Of a DNA stretch of 32,000 nucleotides, positions 23,227 to 32,000 are shown one piece after another. Within the stretch, counting starts at the first letter, position 1. Each line of letters starts with the position of its first letter. Under the pieces are notes generated by a model. That model did not search any database. It worked only from the letters and a program-made list of their open reading frames with translations, and was not told the origin of the DNA. A program made the position numbers and the translations under genes. This DNA is from Candidatus Johnevansia muelleri. GTDB taxonomy: Bacteria > Pseudomonadota > Gammaproteobacteria > Johnevansiales > Johnevansiaceae. Location: NCBI GenBank assembly GCA_000953435.1, contig LM655252.1:30001-62000 (forward strand). Reading direction: 5' to 3'.

Positions 23227-24015
23227 CTATTTTATAAACGATAAATCTTCTTCTTTACGCGCTGTTGTTACAATTACGCCATCAGAAATAAGAAGTAAAG
23301 TATGTTCCCATTGGGCTGATAAACTCTTATCCTTAGTTACTACTGTCCAACCATCATTAAGTATTTTTGTAGCAGAGTCTCCAGAATTTACTATTGGTTC
23401 AATTGTAATACACATGCCTTCTGTAAGAATAATATCATTAAATAAATTATAACCATTATAATGTAGTACTTGGGGGGGCTCGTGAAAATTTTTTCCAATT
23501 CCGTGACCACAGTAATTTCGTACAATACTGTAACCGTTATATTCTGCATGTTGTTGAATAATACTACCTATTTCTGATAATTTAACACCTGGACGCATAA
23601 TTTTTATAGCTTTATATAAGCACTCTTGTGTAACACTTGAAATACGTTTACCAATAATATTTTCACCTAATATGAACATCTTACTAGTGTCAGCATAATA
23701 ACCATTTTTTATGATAGTAACGTCTATATTAATAATATCACCTAATTTTAGTTTATGATTAAAATTAGGAACCCCGTGACACACAACGTTATTTATAGAA
23801 ATACAAGTAGAGTGCTTATATCCATTATAACCGAGTGTTGCTGATATAGCTTGTATATCATTTTCTATAAACTTTTTGCAAATTTGATCTAGTTGTCCTG
23901 TAGAAATATTAGGCTTAATATAAGAATGAATCATTTCTAAAATACTTGCGGCTAATTTACCAGCAAATTTTAGTCCTTCTATATCATATTTAGATGTGTA
24001 TTTTGAAATAATCAT
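23227..24015 (-). CDS. map: methionine aminopeptidase type I
   Basis: Contains 'VCHGVP', 'DVTIIKNGYYADTS', 'CGHGIG', 'ITIEP' and 'QWEHT'. Length is 262 aa. Confidence 0.95.
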   Translation of the reverse strand: MIISKYTSKYDIEGLKFAGKLAASILEMIHSYIKPNISTGQLDQICKKFIENDIQAISATLGYNGYKHSTCISINNVVCHGVPNFNHKLKLGDIINIDVTIIKNGYYADTSKMFILGENIIGKRISSVTQECLYKAIKIMRPGVKLSEIGSIIQQHAEYNGYSIVRNYCGHGIGKNFHEPPQVLHYNGYNLFNDIILTEGMCITIEPIVNSGDSATKILNDGWTVVTKDKSLSAQWEHTLLLISDGVIVTTARKEEDLSFIK

Positions 24016-24057
24016 AGTAATATCCCTTTTTTAAAATTAAATATTTAAAGGAAAATT

Positions 24058-24747
24058 ATGGAAATAAAAATGCATGATTTAATAAAAGCAGGTGCTCATT
24101 TTGGTCATAAGACTAACTTATGGAATCCTAAAATGAAGAAATATCTTTTTGGAGAACGCAATAAACTTCATATTATTAATTTAGATTTAACTTTATTAGC
24201 ATTAAATAAAGTAAGTTTTTATATAAAAAATTTTATTAATTCAACTAATATTATGTTTGTTGGTACTAAGCAAGTAGCTAGTAAAATAATTGAAGAAGAA
24301 GCAATCCGTGTTAATAAACCTTATGTTAACCATCGGTGGATTGGGGGTATGCTTACTAATAATCAAACTATTTTAAATTCAATTCAAAATTTAAATAACT
24401 TGGAATTAATGGAAAAAGATGGAACATTTGATAAACTTACTAAAAAAGAGATATTAAAATTATCTAGAGAAAAAAAAAAACTAGAGTTTTATGTAGGAGG
24501 TATAAAAAATATGAAAAATTTACCTAATGCAATATTTGTTATTGACGTTAATAATGAACGTATTGCTATAAAAGAAGCTAATAAATTAAATATTCCAGTA
24601 ATAGGTGTTGTTGATAGTAATTCAGATCCCAGTGGTGTTAATTATGTTATTCCAGGAAATGATGATTCTTTTAATGCAATAAAAATTTATACTAAATTTA
24701 TTGCAAACGCTATAGCACCAAAACCAGCACAACATATTATTAAATAA
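24058..24747 (+). CDS. rpsB: 30S ribosomal protein S2
   Basis: Contains 'LIKAGAHFGHKTNLWNPKMKKYLFGERNKLHIINL' (E. coli '[35 protein letters not shown]'). AAGGA lies upstream of the start. The gene is divergent from map, as in E. coli. Confidence 0.95.
   Translation: MEIKMHDLIKAGAHFGHKTNLWNPKMKKYLFGERNKLHIINLDLTLLALNKVSFYIKNFINSTNIMFVGTKQVASKIIEEEAIRVNKPYVNHRWIGGMLTNNQTILNSIQNLNNLELMEKDGTFDKLTKKEILKLSREKKKLEFYVGGIKNMKNLPNAIFVIDVNNERIAIKEANKLNIPVIGVVDSNSDPSGVNYVIPGNDDSFNAIKIYTKFIANAIAPKPAQHIIK
24470..24480 (+). repeat. A11 homopolymer in frame within rpsB
   Basis: Read directly from the sequence: 'aga gaa aaa aaa aaa cta', encoding R-E-K-K-K-L. This is the longest A run I noted in a coding region of this window. 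Confidence 0.95.
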
Positions 24748-24763
24748 TGGATGTGAATTATAT

Positions 24764-25582
24764 ATGATAAATATTAACGCATCAATAGTTAAAAAACTTA
24801 GGGATCGCACTGGTATAGGAATAATGGAATGTAAAACTGCGTTAATTGAAAGTAAAGGTAACATAGATATTGCAATATATAATTTAAGAAAAAATGCTAA
24901 AGTAAAATATGAAAAAAAAGTTAGTCGTATTGCATCTGAAGGTGTTATATTTATAAAAACATATGATAATATAGCTGTTATGCTAGAAATAAATTCTGAA
25001 ACTGATTTTGTAGCAAGAAGTGATGATTTTATTAGTTTTACAAATTATGTTGCTAATCATGTTTTAGAAAAAAGATGTAATGATATTAATGTATTGATGC
25101 AAGGTAAATTAGAATATAAACGTAATAATTTAATACAAAAATTAGGAGAAAATATTAATGTTCGTAGATTAATAATAAGACAATCAAAAGAAAAACAAAC
25201 ACTGGGGGTTTATTTACATAATAATGCTCGTATTGGTGCAATTGTATTATTAAATGGTGTAAATAAAGATGTTGCTCGTGATATTTCTATGCATGTTGTT
25301 GCGATGAATCCTATGGTTACTTTTCCTGAAGAATTTTCAAAAGAAAAAATTTATTACGAAAAGTCTATTATTAGAGCACAAACTTCTTTTAGTTACAAAT
25401 CTATTGATTTATCAGAAAAAATTGTACAAGCTCGTATTAAAAAATATATATCAGAAAATAGTTTAGTAAATCAGGTTTTTATAAAAAAACCTGATATAAA
25501 AGTTGCTGATTATGCTAAAATGGTAGGTTGTGATATAGTTAATTTTGTTCGATTTGAATTGGGAGAAAAACATGGAGTATAA
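24764..25582 (+). CDS. tsf: elongation factor Ts
   Basis: The N-terminal UBA-like region reads 'ASIVKKLRDRTGIGIMECKTALIESKGNIDIAIYNLRK', and 'INSETDFVAR' is present. It lies directly after rpsB. Confidence 0.93.
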   Translation: MININASIVKKLRDRTGIGIMECKTALIESKGNIDIAIYNLRKNAKVKYEKKVSRIASEGVIFIKTYDNIAVMLEINSETDFVARSDDFISFTNYVANHVLEKRCNDINVLMQGKLEYKRNNLIQKLGENINVRRLIIRQSKEKQTLGVYLHNNARIGAIVLLNGVNKDVARDISMHVVAMNPMVTFPEEFSKEKIYYEKSIIRAQTSFSYKSIDLSEKIVQARIKKYISENSLVNQVFIKKPDIKVADYAKMVGCDIVNFVRFELGEKHGV

Positions 25583-26141
25583 CGTGATAAATAATATTAA
25601 ACAATCTGCTGAAATACGCATGAAAAAAACTATAGATACTTTGCAAGATAATTTAAAAAAATTTCGGACAACACGGGCAAATCCCGATATACTTGATATA
25701 ATAAAAGTAAAGTACTATGGTTTAGATATTCCATTAAATAAATTAGCTAATATTAATATCGAAGATGCACGTACTATTTCTATTACACCATGGGACAATA
25801 TTATGGTTAATAATATTGAGAAATCAATTTTAAGTTCTAATTTAGGTTTAAATCCTTCTATTTTAGATTCAATGATTCGCATATCAATACCACCTCTTAA
25901 TGAAGAAACAAGAAAAAATTATGTACGTAAATTACGTATTGAAGCAGAGCAAAGTAGGATCGCTATACGTAATGTACGTCGTAATGCAATAGGGGAAGTT
26001 AAATCCTTACTAAAAAATAGAAAAATTAGTGAAGATAAAGCAATAAAAGCTGAATCTATTTTGCAAGATTTAACAAATAAATATATAGATGATATTAAAA
26101 AAATTATTGATAAAAAAGAAATTGATATAATGAAAATATAA
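25572..26141 (+). CDS. frr: ribosome recycling factor
   Basis: 'VINNIKQSAEIRMKKT' aligns with E. coli 'MISDIRKDAEVRMDKC'. Also present are 'RTTRANPDILD', 'IPPLNEETRKNYVK/R' and 'IAIRNVRRNA'. I prefer ATG 25572, which follows GGGAGA (25561-25566) at 5 nt spacing, over the ORF-track start 25545. GTG 25584 is also possible. The chosen start overlaps the tsf 3' end by 11 nt. Confidence 0.92.
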   Translation: MEYNVINNIKQSAEIRMKKTIDTLQDNLKKFRTTRANPDILDIIKVKYYGLDIPLNKLANINIEDARTISITPWDNIMVNNIEKSILSSNLGLNPSILDSMIRISIPPLNEETRKNYVRKLRIEAEQSRIAIRNVRRNAIGEVKSLLKNRKISEDKAIKAESILQDLTNKYIDDIKKIIDKKEIDIMKI

Positions 26142-26166
26142 ATAAAATATTATAAGTGATCATTTA

Positions 26167-29100
26167 ATGCCATCTTTTATTCACCTTAGAGTACATACTG
26201 AATATTCTTTAGTAGATGGTTTAGTACGAATTAAATCACTTATAAAACATGCTAAAGATATGGGGATACCTGCTATTTGTGTTACTGATGAAAATAATTT
26301 ATTTTGTTTAATAAAATATTATAAATATGCTCAAAATATGGGTATTAAACCAATAATTGGTAGTGATATATGGATACAAAACAATCAAGATAAAGTACAT
26401 CCTTATCGTATTACTCTTATTGCAATAAACGAAACCGGTTATCGTAATTTAATAAAATTAATTTCACGTGGTTGGAAAGAAGGTCAATTTAATAATAAAG
26501 CTATTTTAAAAAAAAAATGGATTTTTGAATCTTCTGAAGGGTTGATTGCACTTTCTGGGGCACGAGAAGGAGAAATAGGAAGATTAATGCTTTTAGGAAA
26601 AAAAAAAGCTGCTAGGGAATTATTGAATGATTGGAATCATTTATTTAAAGATCGTTTTTATTTAGAAATACATCGTACTGGAAGACCGTATGATGAAGAG
26701 TGTTTACATCTATCTGTATCATTAGCAATGGAAACTAATATACCTGTAGTAGCAACAAATGATGTACGTTTCATGAAACGTAGTGATTTTTTTATTCATG
26801 AAAACCGTGTTTCTATTAGTGAATGTAGCATACTTACTGATTTAAAACGTGAAAAACGTTATAGTGAAGAACAGTATTTTAAATCTACAGCAGAAATGTA
26901 TGACCTATTCAATGATATTCCCGAAGCTTTAGAAAATACTATTATGATTGCTACTAGATGTACTGTTAATTTACGGTTAGGTAAATATTTTTTACCCCAG
27001 TTAAGATTAAAAACAAATACAGAAGCTTTTTTATATAAAATATCTAATTACGGTTTAGAAAAACGTTTGGTATATTTATTTAGTAAAAATGATTATAATA
27101 AAAATTTTATTATTGAAAAGCATAAATATTATGAAAGACTTAATTGGGAACTTAAAATTATTAATAAAATGGGTTTTACAAGTTATTTTATAATTGTAAT
27201 GGATTTTGTACGATGGGCTAAAAAAAATAAAATTATAGTAGGACCAGGTAGAGGTTCAGGTGCTGGTTCTTTAGTAGCTTACGCTATAGAAATAACTAAT
27301 ATAAATCCATTAGAATATGATCTATTATTCGAGCGGTTTCTTAATCCTGAACGTATTTCACTTCCAGATTTTGATGTAGATTTTTGTATGGATAACCGTG
27401 ATAAAGTAATTGATTACGTAACAAATATTTATGGTCTAAATTCAGTTGCTCAAATTATTACTTTCAATACAATGGCTGCTAAAGCAGTACTACGTGATGT
27501 AGTACGTGTTCAAGGAAAACATTATTCTTTAGGAGATAAGCTTTCTAAGCTTATTCCATATGAATTTGGCATTACACTATATAAAGCATATAATAAAGTT
27601 ATAGCACTTCGAAAATTTCTAAAAAATAATGAAGAAGCTCGCGAAATTTGGGAAATAGCGTGTAATTTAGAAGGACTTACGCGTGGAATAAGTAAACATG
27701 CAGGTGGTGTAGTTATTTCACCTAGTGAATTAACAGATTTTGCTCCATTATTTTGTGATCACAATGGTAATGGATTAGTTGTTCAGTTTGATAAAAATGA
27801 TATAGAAGAAGTTGGGTTAGTTAAATTTGATTTTCTAGGTCTTCGTACACTTACAGTAATTGATTGGGCAATTAAAATGATAAATGTTAAATTTCCACAA
27901 ATGTGTATAAATATTGATAAGATTCCACTAGATGATAAAAAAACTTTCAATATGCTTAAAAGTGGTGAAACAACAGCTATTTTTCAATTAGAATCTATAG
28001 GAATGAAGAAGCTAATTAGACGTTTAAAACCATCTTCAATTGAAGATATTATTGCTTTAATAGCATTATTTCGTCCTGGACCATTACAATCTGGTATGGT
28101 TGATGATTTTATTAATCGTAAACATGGTAATGCAAAGATTTTTTATCCTCATCCCAAATATCAACACATATGCTTAAAACCGGTTTTGCAATCAACATAT
28201 GGAATTATACTATATCAAGAACAAGTTATGCAAATTGCACAATTATTAGCTGGATATACTTTAGGACAATCTGATATTTTACGACAGGCTATTGGAAAAA
28301 AAAACACACAAGAAATGGCAAATCAACGGGGGGAATTTATATATGGTTGTATAAAAAAAGGTATAAAAAAAGATTTAGCTGTTAATATATTTGATTTATT
28401 AGAAAAGTTTGCTGGATATGGATTTAATAAATCACATTCATCAGCTTATGCTATACTTTCGTATCAAACTGCTTGGCTTAAAACGCATTATCCTAGTCAA
28501 TTTATGTCCGCAGTAATTTCTAGTGAAATGAATGATATTAAAAAAGTGGTTTTATTGATACATGACTGTCGTAGAATGCGACTAAATATAAGTCCCCCAG
28601 ATATAAATACAGGAAATTATAAATTTAGTGTTAACGATAATGGAACTGTGCTTTATGGACTAGGTGCAATTCGGGGGATTGGTAAAAGCTCAATAGAAGC
28701 AATTATAAATGCTAGAGAAAAATTTGGTAATTTTCATAATTTATTTGATTTATGTCAGCGAATTGATCGTAAGCGTCTTAATAAAAGAACATTAGAAGTA
28801 TTAATTAAATCTGGAGCATTAGATAAATTAGGGCCTTCACGCGCTATATTATATGCTAATATTGATTATGCTTTACAAAGTAATAAATTACTTTGTATTG
28901 ATGACATGTTTGGACTGAATATTGAAAATAAAATTTATAATTATTATGCAAGTGCCCATAATTGGACACATTCTGAAAAACTTTATTATGAAAAACAAAC
29001 ATTAGGTTTATATATAAGCGGTCATCCTATTGATGAATATAAATATGAACTTAAATATATTGTTAATAATGATATTAATAATATTAAATTATCATATAAA

Positions 29101-29601
29101 TTACAAATAATTGCTGGTGTTATTACGGATATACGTAATATAAAATTAAAATATGGAAATACAATTACAATAATAACCTTAAATGATAATACTGGTTTTA
29201 TAGAAACGACAATATTTGGGAAATTAGATAATCATAATATTTACGATAATATATTTATTGTAAAAGGTGGGGTTTATTTAGACGAATATTCATATAAATT
29301 ACGCATAAGAGTAATAGAAATTTTTTCAATATTTGAAGCAAGAAAACGTTTTGCTAAATTTATTGAAATTCAAATAGATGGTACAAAAAAAAATTATCTA
29401 ATTTTTAATAAAATAATAAAAATATTAAATAAATATATAGATAAGCATGGTTTGCCAATAAAAATAAAATATAAAAGTTATAAAATTCGTGGATTATTTT
29501 ATTTATATCAATATTGTAAATTTAACCCTTATGATGAATTAATAATTAATTTAAAAAAACTTATAGGTAATAATTTTATAAATATATGTTATTTAAACTA
29601 A
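26167..29601 (+). CDS. dnaE: DNA polymerase III alpha subunit
   Basis: Contains the PHP domain 'FIHLRVHTEYSLVDG', the catalytic 'LPDFDVDFC', plus 'GLVKFDFLGLRTL', 'GFNKSHSSAYA' and 'LYISGHP'. Length is 1144 aa. Confidence 0.95.
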   Translation: MPSFIHLRVHTEYSLVDGLVRIKSLIKHAKDMGIPAICVTDENNLFCLIKYYKYAQNMGIKPIIGSDIWIQNNQDKVHPYRITLIAINETGYRNLIKLISRGWKEGQFNNKAILKKKWIFESSEGLIALSGAREGEIGRLMLLGKKKAARELLNDWNHLFKDRFYLEIHRTGRPYDEECLHLSVSLAMETNIPVVATNDVRFMKRSDFFIHENRVSISECSILTDLKREKRYSEEQYFKSTAEMYDLFNDIPEALENTIMIATRCTVNLRLGKYFLPQLRLKTNTEAFLYKISNYGLEKRLVYLFSKNDYNKNFIIEKHKYYERLNWELKIINKMGFTSYFIIVMDFVRWAKKNKIIVGPGRGSGAGSLVAYAIEITNINPLEYDLLFERFLNPERISLPDFDVDFCMDNRDKVIDYVTNIYGLNSVAQIITFNTMAAKAVLRDVVRVQGKHYSLGDKLSKLIPYEFGITLYKAYNKVIALRKFLKNNEEAREIWEIACNLEGLTRGISKHAGGVVISPSELTDFAPLFCDHNGNGLVVQFDKNDIEEVGLVKFDFLGLRTLTVIDWAIKMINVKFPQMCINIDKIPLDDKKTFNMLKSGETTAIFQLESIGMKKLIRRLKPSSIEDIIALIALFRPGPLQSGMVDDFINRKHGNAKIFYPHPKYQHICLKPVLQSTYGIILYQEQVMQIAQLLAGYTLGQSDILRQAIGKKNTQEMANQRGEFIYGCIKKGIKKDLAVNIFDLLEKFAGYGFNKSHSSAYAILSYQTAWLKTHYPSQFMSAVISSEMNDIKKVVLLIHDCRRMRLNISPPDINTGNYKFSVNDNGTVLYGLGAIRGIGKSSIEAIINAREKFGNFHNLFDLCQRIDRKRLNKRTLEVLIKSGALDKLGPSRAILYANIDYALQSNKLLCIDDMFGLNIENKIYNYYASAHNWTHSEKLYYEKQTLGLYISGHPIDEYKYELKYIVNNDINNIKLSYKLQIIAGVITDIRNIKLKYGNTITIITLNDNTGFIETTIFGKLDNHNIYDNIFIVKGGVYLDEYSYKLRIRVIEIFSIFEARKRFAKFIEIQIDGTKKNYLIFNKIIKILNKYIDKHGLPIKIKYKSYKIRGLFYLYQYCKFNPYDELIINLKKLIGNNFINICYLN

Positions 29602-29613
29602 AATTTATAACAT

Positions 29614-30894
29614 ATGAAAAATAATCCGTTATACATTATACTAGAATCAAAAATTTTTATTGAAAAAATTTTGCAATTACTGGGGACTCCTAAAATATTA
29701 TGGATTGCTTTATCTGGCGGCCGCGATAGTGTATGTCTTTTATATATAGCTATTAAGGTAATTAATAGACTACGTGAAATTTTATCATTATCTATGATAT
29801 TGCCAAAAATTTATGCTATTCATATAAACCACCATTTTCATAAAGATGCTGCTAAATTTGAAAACTTTTGCCATACATTATGTGCAAAATTTAATGTACC
29901 TTTATTTGTAGAACACTTACATCTTCATAAATTTAATGAAAATATTGCTAGAGAAGCACGCTATTATTTTTTTTATAAGCATTTAAATAAAAATGATGTA
30001 ATTTGGTTAGCACACCATAGAGATGATCAATCAGAAACATTTATTATGAGGTTAATGCGTAGAGCTGGAGTAAAAGGTTTAACAGGAATTCCGCATATAA
30101 GATCGCTGGGGAAGGGCAAACTTATGCGTCCTTTACTAGGAGTTACAGGTGAAGTTATAAATGCTTATGCATTAAAATATAATTTAAATTGGATTGATGA
30201 TATTAGCAATTTATATATTAATTTTGATCGTAATTATGTTAGACATAATATTATACCATATATTAAAATACGGTGGCCTGATGCAATAGAATCGTTAGCA
30301 TTATGTGTTGATTATTTAAAAGAATCAGATAATTTATTGAATTGTTTTGCTAAAGATATGCTGCAGGCAATTAGTAATAATCATTCAATAATTCCAATAG
30401 ATAAAATTATTATTATTGAAAATGCTAGGTTAAAATTGTTAATTCGTTATTGTTTATTATGTTTAAAATTTCCTATGCCCCCTAAAAAAAGATTGGATAC
30501 ATTAATTAATCAAATTAAAAAAACTAATGGATCAATGTTTTGTATTAGATGGGAAAATGTAGAAGCACGTTGTTGGCGAAGAATTTTTTTTATATTGTAT
30601 ACAAAAAAAAAATCATTATCAATTTTTTATATAAATTTAATTAAATTACAATCTTCATTTTTAAAAAAAATGGATTTATCGTTATTAACTATTATACACA
30701 TAAAATGTAGTGAATTTTTTTTTATAAATGGTCATAAACGTAATATAAAAAAAATTTTACAATTTGCAAATATCCCTATTTGGGAACGTAATTCAATTAT
30801 GCTTTTATTTATAATAAATGAATTAATAGCAATTATAGGAATCAATTTTATTTTTGTATCTGATAATTGTAATTTAAAAAAGTTAATTATTTAG
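29614..30894 (+). CDS. tilS: tRNA(Ile)-lysidine synthase
   Basis: Contains the PP-loop 'ALSGGRDS' (which includes a GCGGCCGC site) plus 'HINHHFH', 'AHHRDDQSETFIMRLMRRAG' and 'RPLL'. It is 426 aa and follows dnaE as in the E. coli/Pseudomonas order. Confidence 0.88.
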   Translation: MKNNPLYIILESKIFIEKILQLLGTPKILWIALSGGRDSVCLLYIAIKVINRLREILSLSMILPKIYAIHINHHFHKDAAKFENFCHTLCAKFNVPLFVEHLHLHKFNENIAREARYYFFYKHLNKNDVIWLAHHRDDQSETFIMRLMRRAGVKGLTGIPHIRSLGKGKLMRPLLGVTGEVINAYALKYNLNWIDDISNLYINFDRNYVRHNIIPYIKIRWPDAIESLALCVDYLKESDNLLNCFAKDMLQAISNNHSIIPIDKIIIIENARLKLLIRYCLLCLKFPMPPKKRLDTLINQIKKTNGSMFCIRWENVEARCWRRIFFILYTKKKSLSIFYINLIKLQSSFLKKMDLSLLTIIHIKCSEFFFINGHKRNIKKILQFANIPIWERNSIMLLFIINELIAIIGINFIFVSDNCNLKKLII

Positions 30895-31243
30895 CAAAAT
30901 TTAAACATACTCTAGATGCTTTTTCTTCTAGACCTGATATACCTAAACGCTTAGCTAGTTCATCAAGTACTTCTTGATGTGATATATAAAAATGAGATAA
31001 CATTACTAGAGAATGAAACCAAAGATCTGCTGTTTCTTTTATTATTTCTACTTTAGTTTTATTTTCTTCTTTTTTATTTATACTAATATCTTTAGCTGCA
31101 ATAATTAATTCTGTAGTTTCTTCTCCTATTTTTTCTAAAATTTTATTTATACCTTTACAATGTAGATTTCCTACATAGGAAATTTCAGGTGCAGCATAAC
31201 GACGTTCTTCTAATATAAAATATAGTTTTTTCAATATATTCAT
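30887..31243 (-). CDS. hisE: phosphoribosyl-ATP pyrophosphatase (monofunctional HisE)
   Basis: Contains 'GEETTELIIAAK', 'ETADLWFHSLVML' and 'RLGISGLEEKASR'. It is 118 aa and is not fused to HisI. Its 3' end overlaps the tilS 3' end by 8 nt (convergent genes). Confidence 0.88.
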   Translation of the reverse strand: MNILKKLYFILEERRYAAPEISYVGNLHCKGINKILEKIGEETTELIIAAKDISINKKEENKTKVEIIKETADLWFHSLVMLSHFYISHQEVLDELAKRLGISGLEEKASRVCLNFAK

Positions 31244-31297
31244 AAATATAAAACCTAAAAAATGTATATAGTTAATTATAAATTTAAGATATAATTT

Positions 31298-31492
31298 ATG
31301 AAAGCATTAATTCACCCTAATTATAAAATTGTAACTGCTATATGTTCATGTAGTGCTAAATTCAAAGTAAGTACTACTAAAAAAATTTATATTGATGTTT
31401 GTTCACAATGTCATTCATTTTATACTGGAAAAAATAAAAAAGCTAATATTGGTGGTAGAATTGAACGATTTAATAAAAAATTTAAATATTAA
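31298..31492 (+). CDS. rpmE: 50S ribosomal protein L31 (Zn-ribbon type A)
   Basis: Contains 'IHPNY', 'CSCS...DVCSQCHSFYTGK' and 'GGRIERFNKKF'. It is collinear with E. coli L31 and is 64 aa long. Confidence 0.93.
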   Translation: MKALIHPNYKIVTAICSCSAKFKVSTTKKIYIDVCSQCHSFYTGKNKKANIGGRIERFNKKFKY

Positions 31493-31510
31493 TAAATTGG
31501 TTATTTACTA

Positions 31511-32000
31511 ATGTTTAATTTTAAAAATATTTTTTTAATTGGTCCTATGGGGAGTGGAAAAAGTACTATAGGTAAATTAATAAAAATTGATTTACAAATT
31601 CCATTTTATGATAGTGATAATGAAATTGAACAACGTTGTGGATTTGATATTAAATTTATTTTCAATGTAGAAGGAGAAGAATGCTTTAGATTTAGAGAAG
31701 CACAAGTAATAAAATTTATTTCCAATAAAAAAGGTGTTATTATAGCAACAGGAGGAGGAACTATTACGCATCATGATAATATAATTTTATTACGTAAAGG
31801 TATAGTAATTTTTTTGTCAGTATCTGTTGAATTACAATTTAAACGTATTCATAATAATACTAATAACCGACCACTTTTACAATGTAAAAATCCAAAAAAA
31901 AAGCTTCAAGAACTATACTTAATTCGTGAAAAAATTTACAGTGCTAATGCATATATAATTGTTAGTACTGAATTTAACTTATACACAGTTGTTAACAATA
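31511..32000 (+). CDS. aroK: shikimate kinase, 3'-partial (runs off the window end)
   Basis: This gene is absent from the ORF track because the frame is still open at position 32000. My translation from ATG 31511 reads 'MFNFKNIFLIGPMGSGKSTIGKLIKIDLQIPFYDSDNEIEQRCGFDIKFIFNVEGEECFRFREAQVI...IIATGGG...NRPLL'. It carries Walker A 'GPMGSGKST', 'DSD' and 'ATGGG', and is collinear with E. coli AroK. Confidence 0.9.
   Translation, partial: MFNFKNIFLIGPMGSGKSTIGKLIKIDLQIPFYDSDNEIEQRCGFDIKFIFNVEGEECFRFREAQVIKFISNKKGVIIATGGGTITHHDNIILLRKGIVIFLSVSVELQFKRIHNNTNNRPLLQCKNPKKKLQELYLIREKIYSANAYIIVSTEFNLYTVVNN

Noticed and set aside
23180-23452. 90-aa plus-strand ORF spanning the dapD start and the map 3' end
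   Set aside because: It is antisense to two genes with strong homology and is a shadow ORF.
24622-24864. 80-aa minus-strand ORF
   Set aside because: It is antisense across the rpsB/tsf junction and has no supporting signal.
25545-25571. Upstream extension of frr (track start at 25545, 'MFDLNWEKN...')
   Set aside because: The extension has no counterpart in Frr homologs and lies fully inside tsf. ATG 25572 has a GGGAGA Shine-Dalgarno at proper spacing and yields a protein of canonical length.
29716-29723. GCGGCCGC (NotI-type 8-mer GC island) in very AT-rich DNA
   Set aside because: It is explained by coding constraint. It encodes the Gly-Gly-Arg of the TilS PP-loop SGGRDS.
31592-31774. 60-aa minus-strand ORF
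   Set aside because: It is antisense to the aroK frame, which carries Walker A and shikimate-kinase motifs. The track missed aroK only because it runs off the window.

Overview
This window is very AT-rich (by eye about three-quarters A+T or more; not computed). It is almost entirely coding and reads as a slice of a strongly reduced proteobacterial genome, most likely an obligate nutritional endosymbiont. I support 27 protein genes. Twenty-six are recognisable housekeeping or amino-acid biosynthesis genes: HAD-IB phosphatase, ilvD, pckA, pgi, leuA, mutL, purA, sufBCDS, cbiD, trpBA, argG, dapE, dapD, map, rpsB, tsf, frr, dnaE, tilS, hisE, rpmE and a 3'-truncated aroK that the ORF track misses. 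The other is an orphan 157-codon ORF coupled to sufS. Spacers are mostly under 60 bp, several neighbouring genes overlap, and TGA is used as a stop codon (sufC, sufS), so the standard bacterial code applies. I see no rRNA, tRNA, CRISPR array, IS or transposase, phage gene, toxin-antitoxin pair or defence-like cassette, and I do not claim a novel multi-gene system. Six things merit a second look. (1) The run dapD-map/rpsB-tsf-frr-dnaE-tilS keeps the order and orientation of the classical gammaproteobacterial string, but 14 genes found in the E. coli string are absent (glnD, pyrH, dxr-uppS-cdsA-rseP-bamA-skp-lpxD-fabZ-lpxA-lpxB-rnhB, accA). (2) The orphan ORF occupies the accessory-gene slot after sufS. 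(3) cbiD is the only cobalamin-pathway gene in the window. (4) A 501-bp gene-free spacer between argG and dapE is anomalous for this genome density. (5) In-frame A9-A11 and T10 homopolymers occur in essential genes. (6) Monofunctional hisE, long-form LeuA, long-form DapD and an endonuclease-type MutL point away from Enterobacterales and towards a Pseudomonadales/Oceanospirillales-like gammaproteobacterium. All functional calls rest on my recognition of conserved motifs in the supplied translations; no database search was run.
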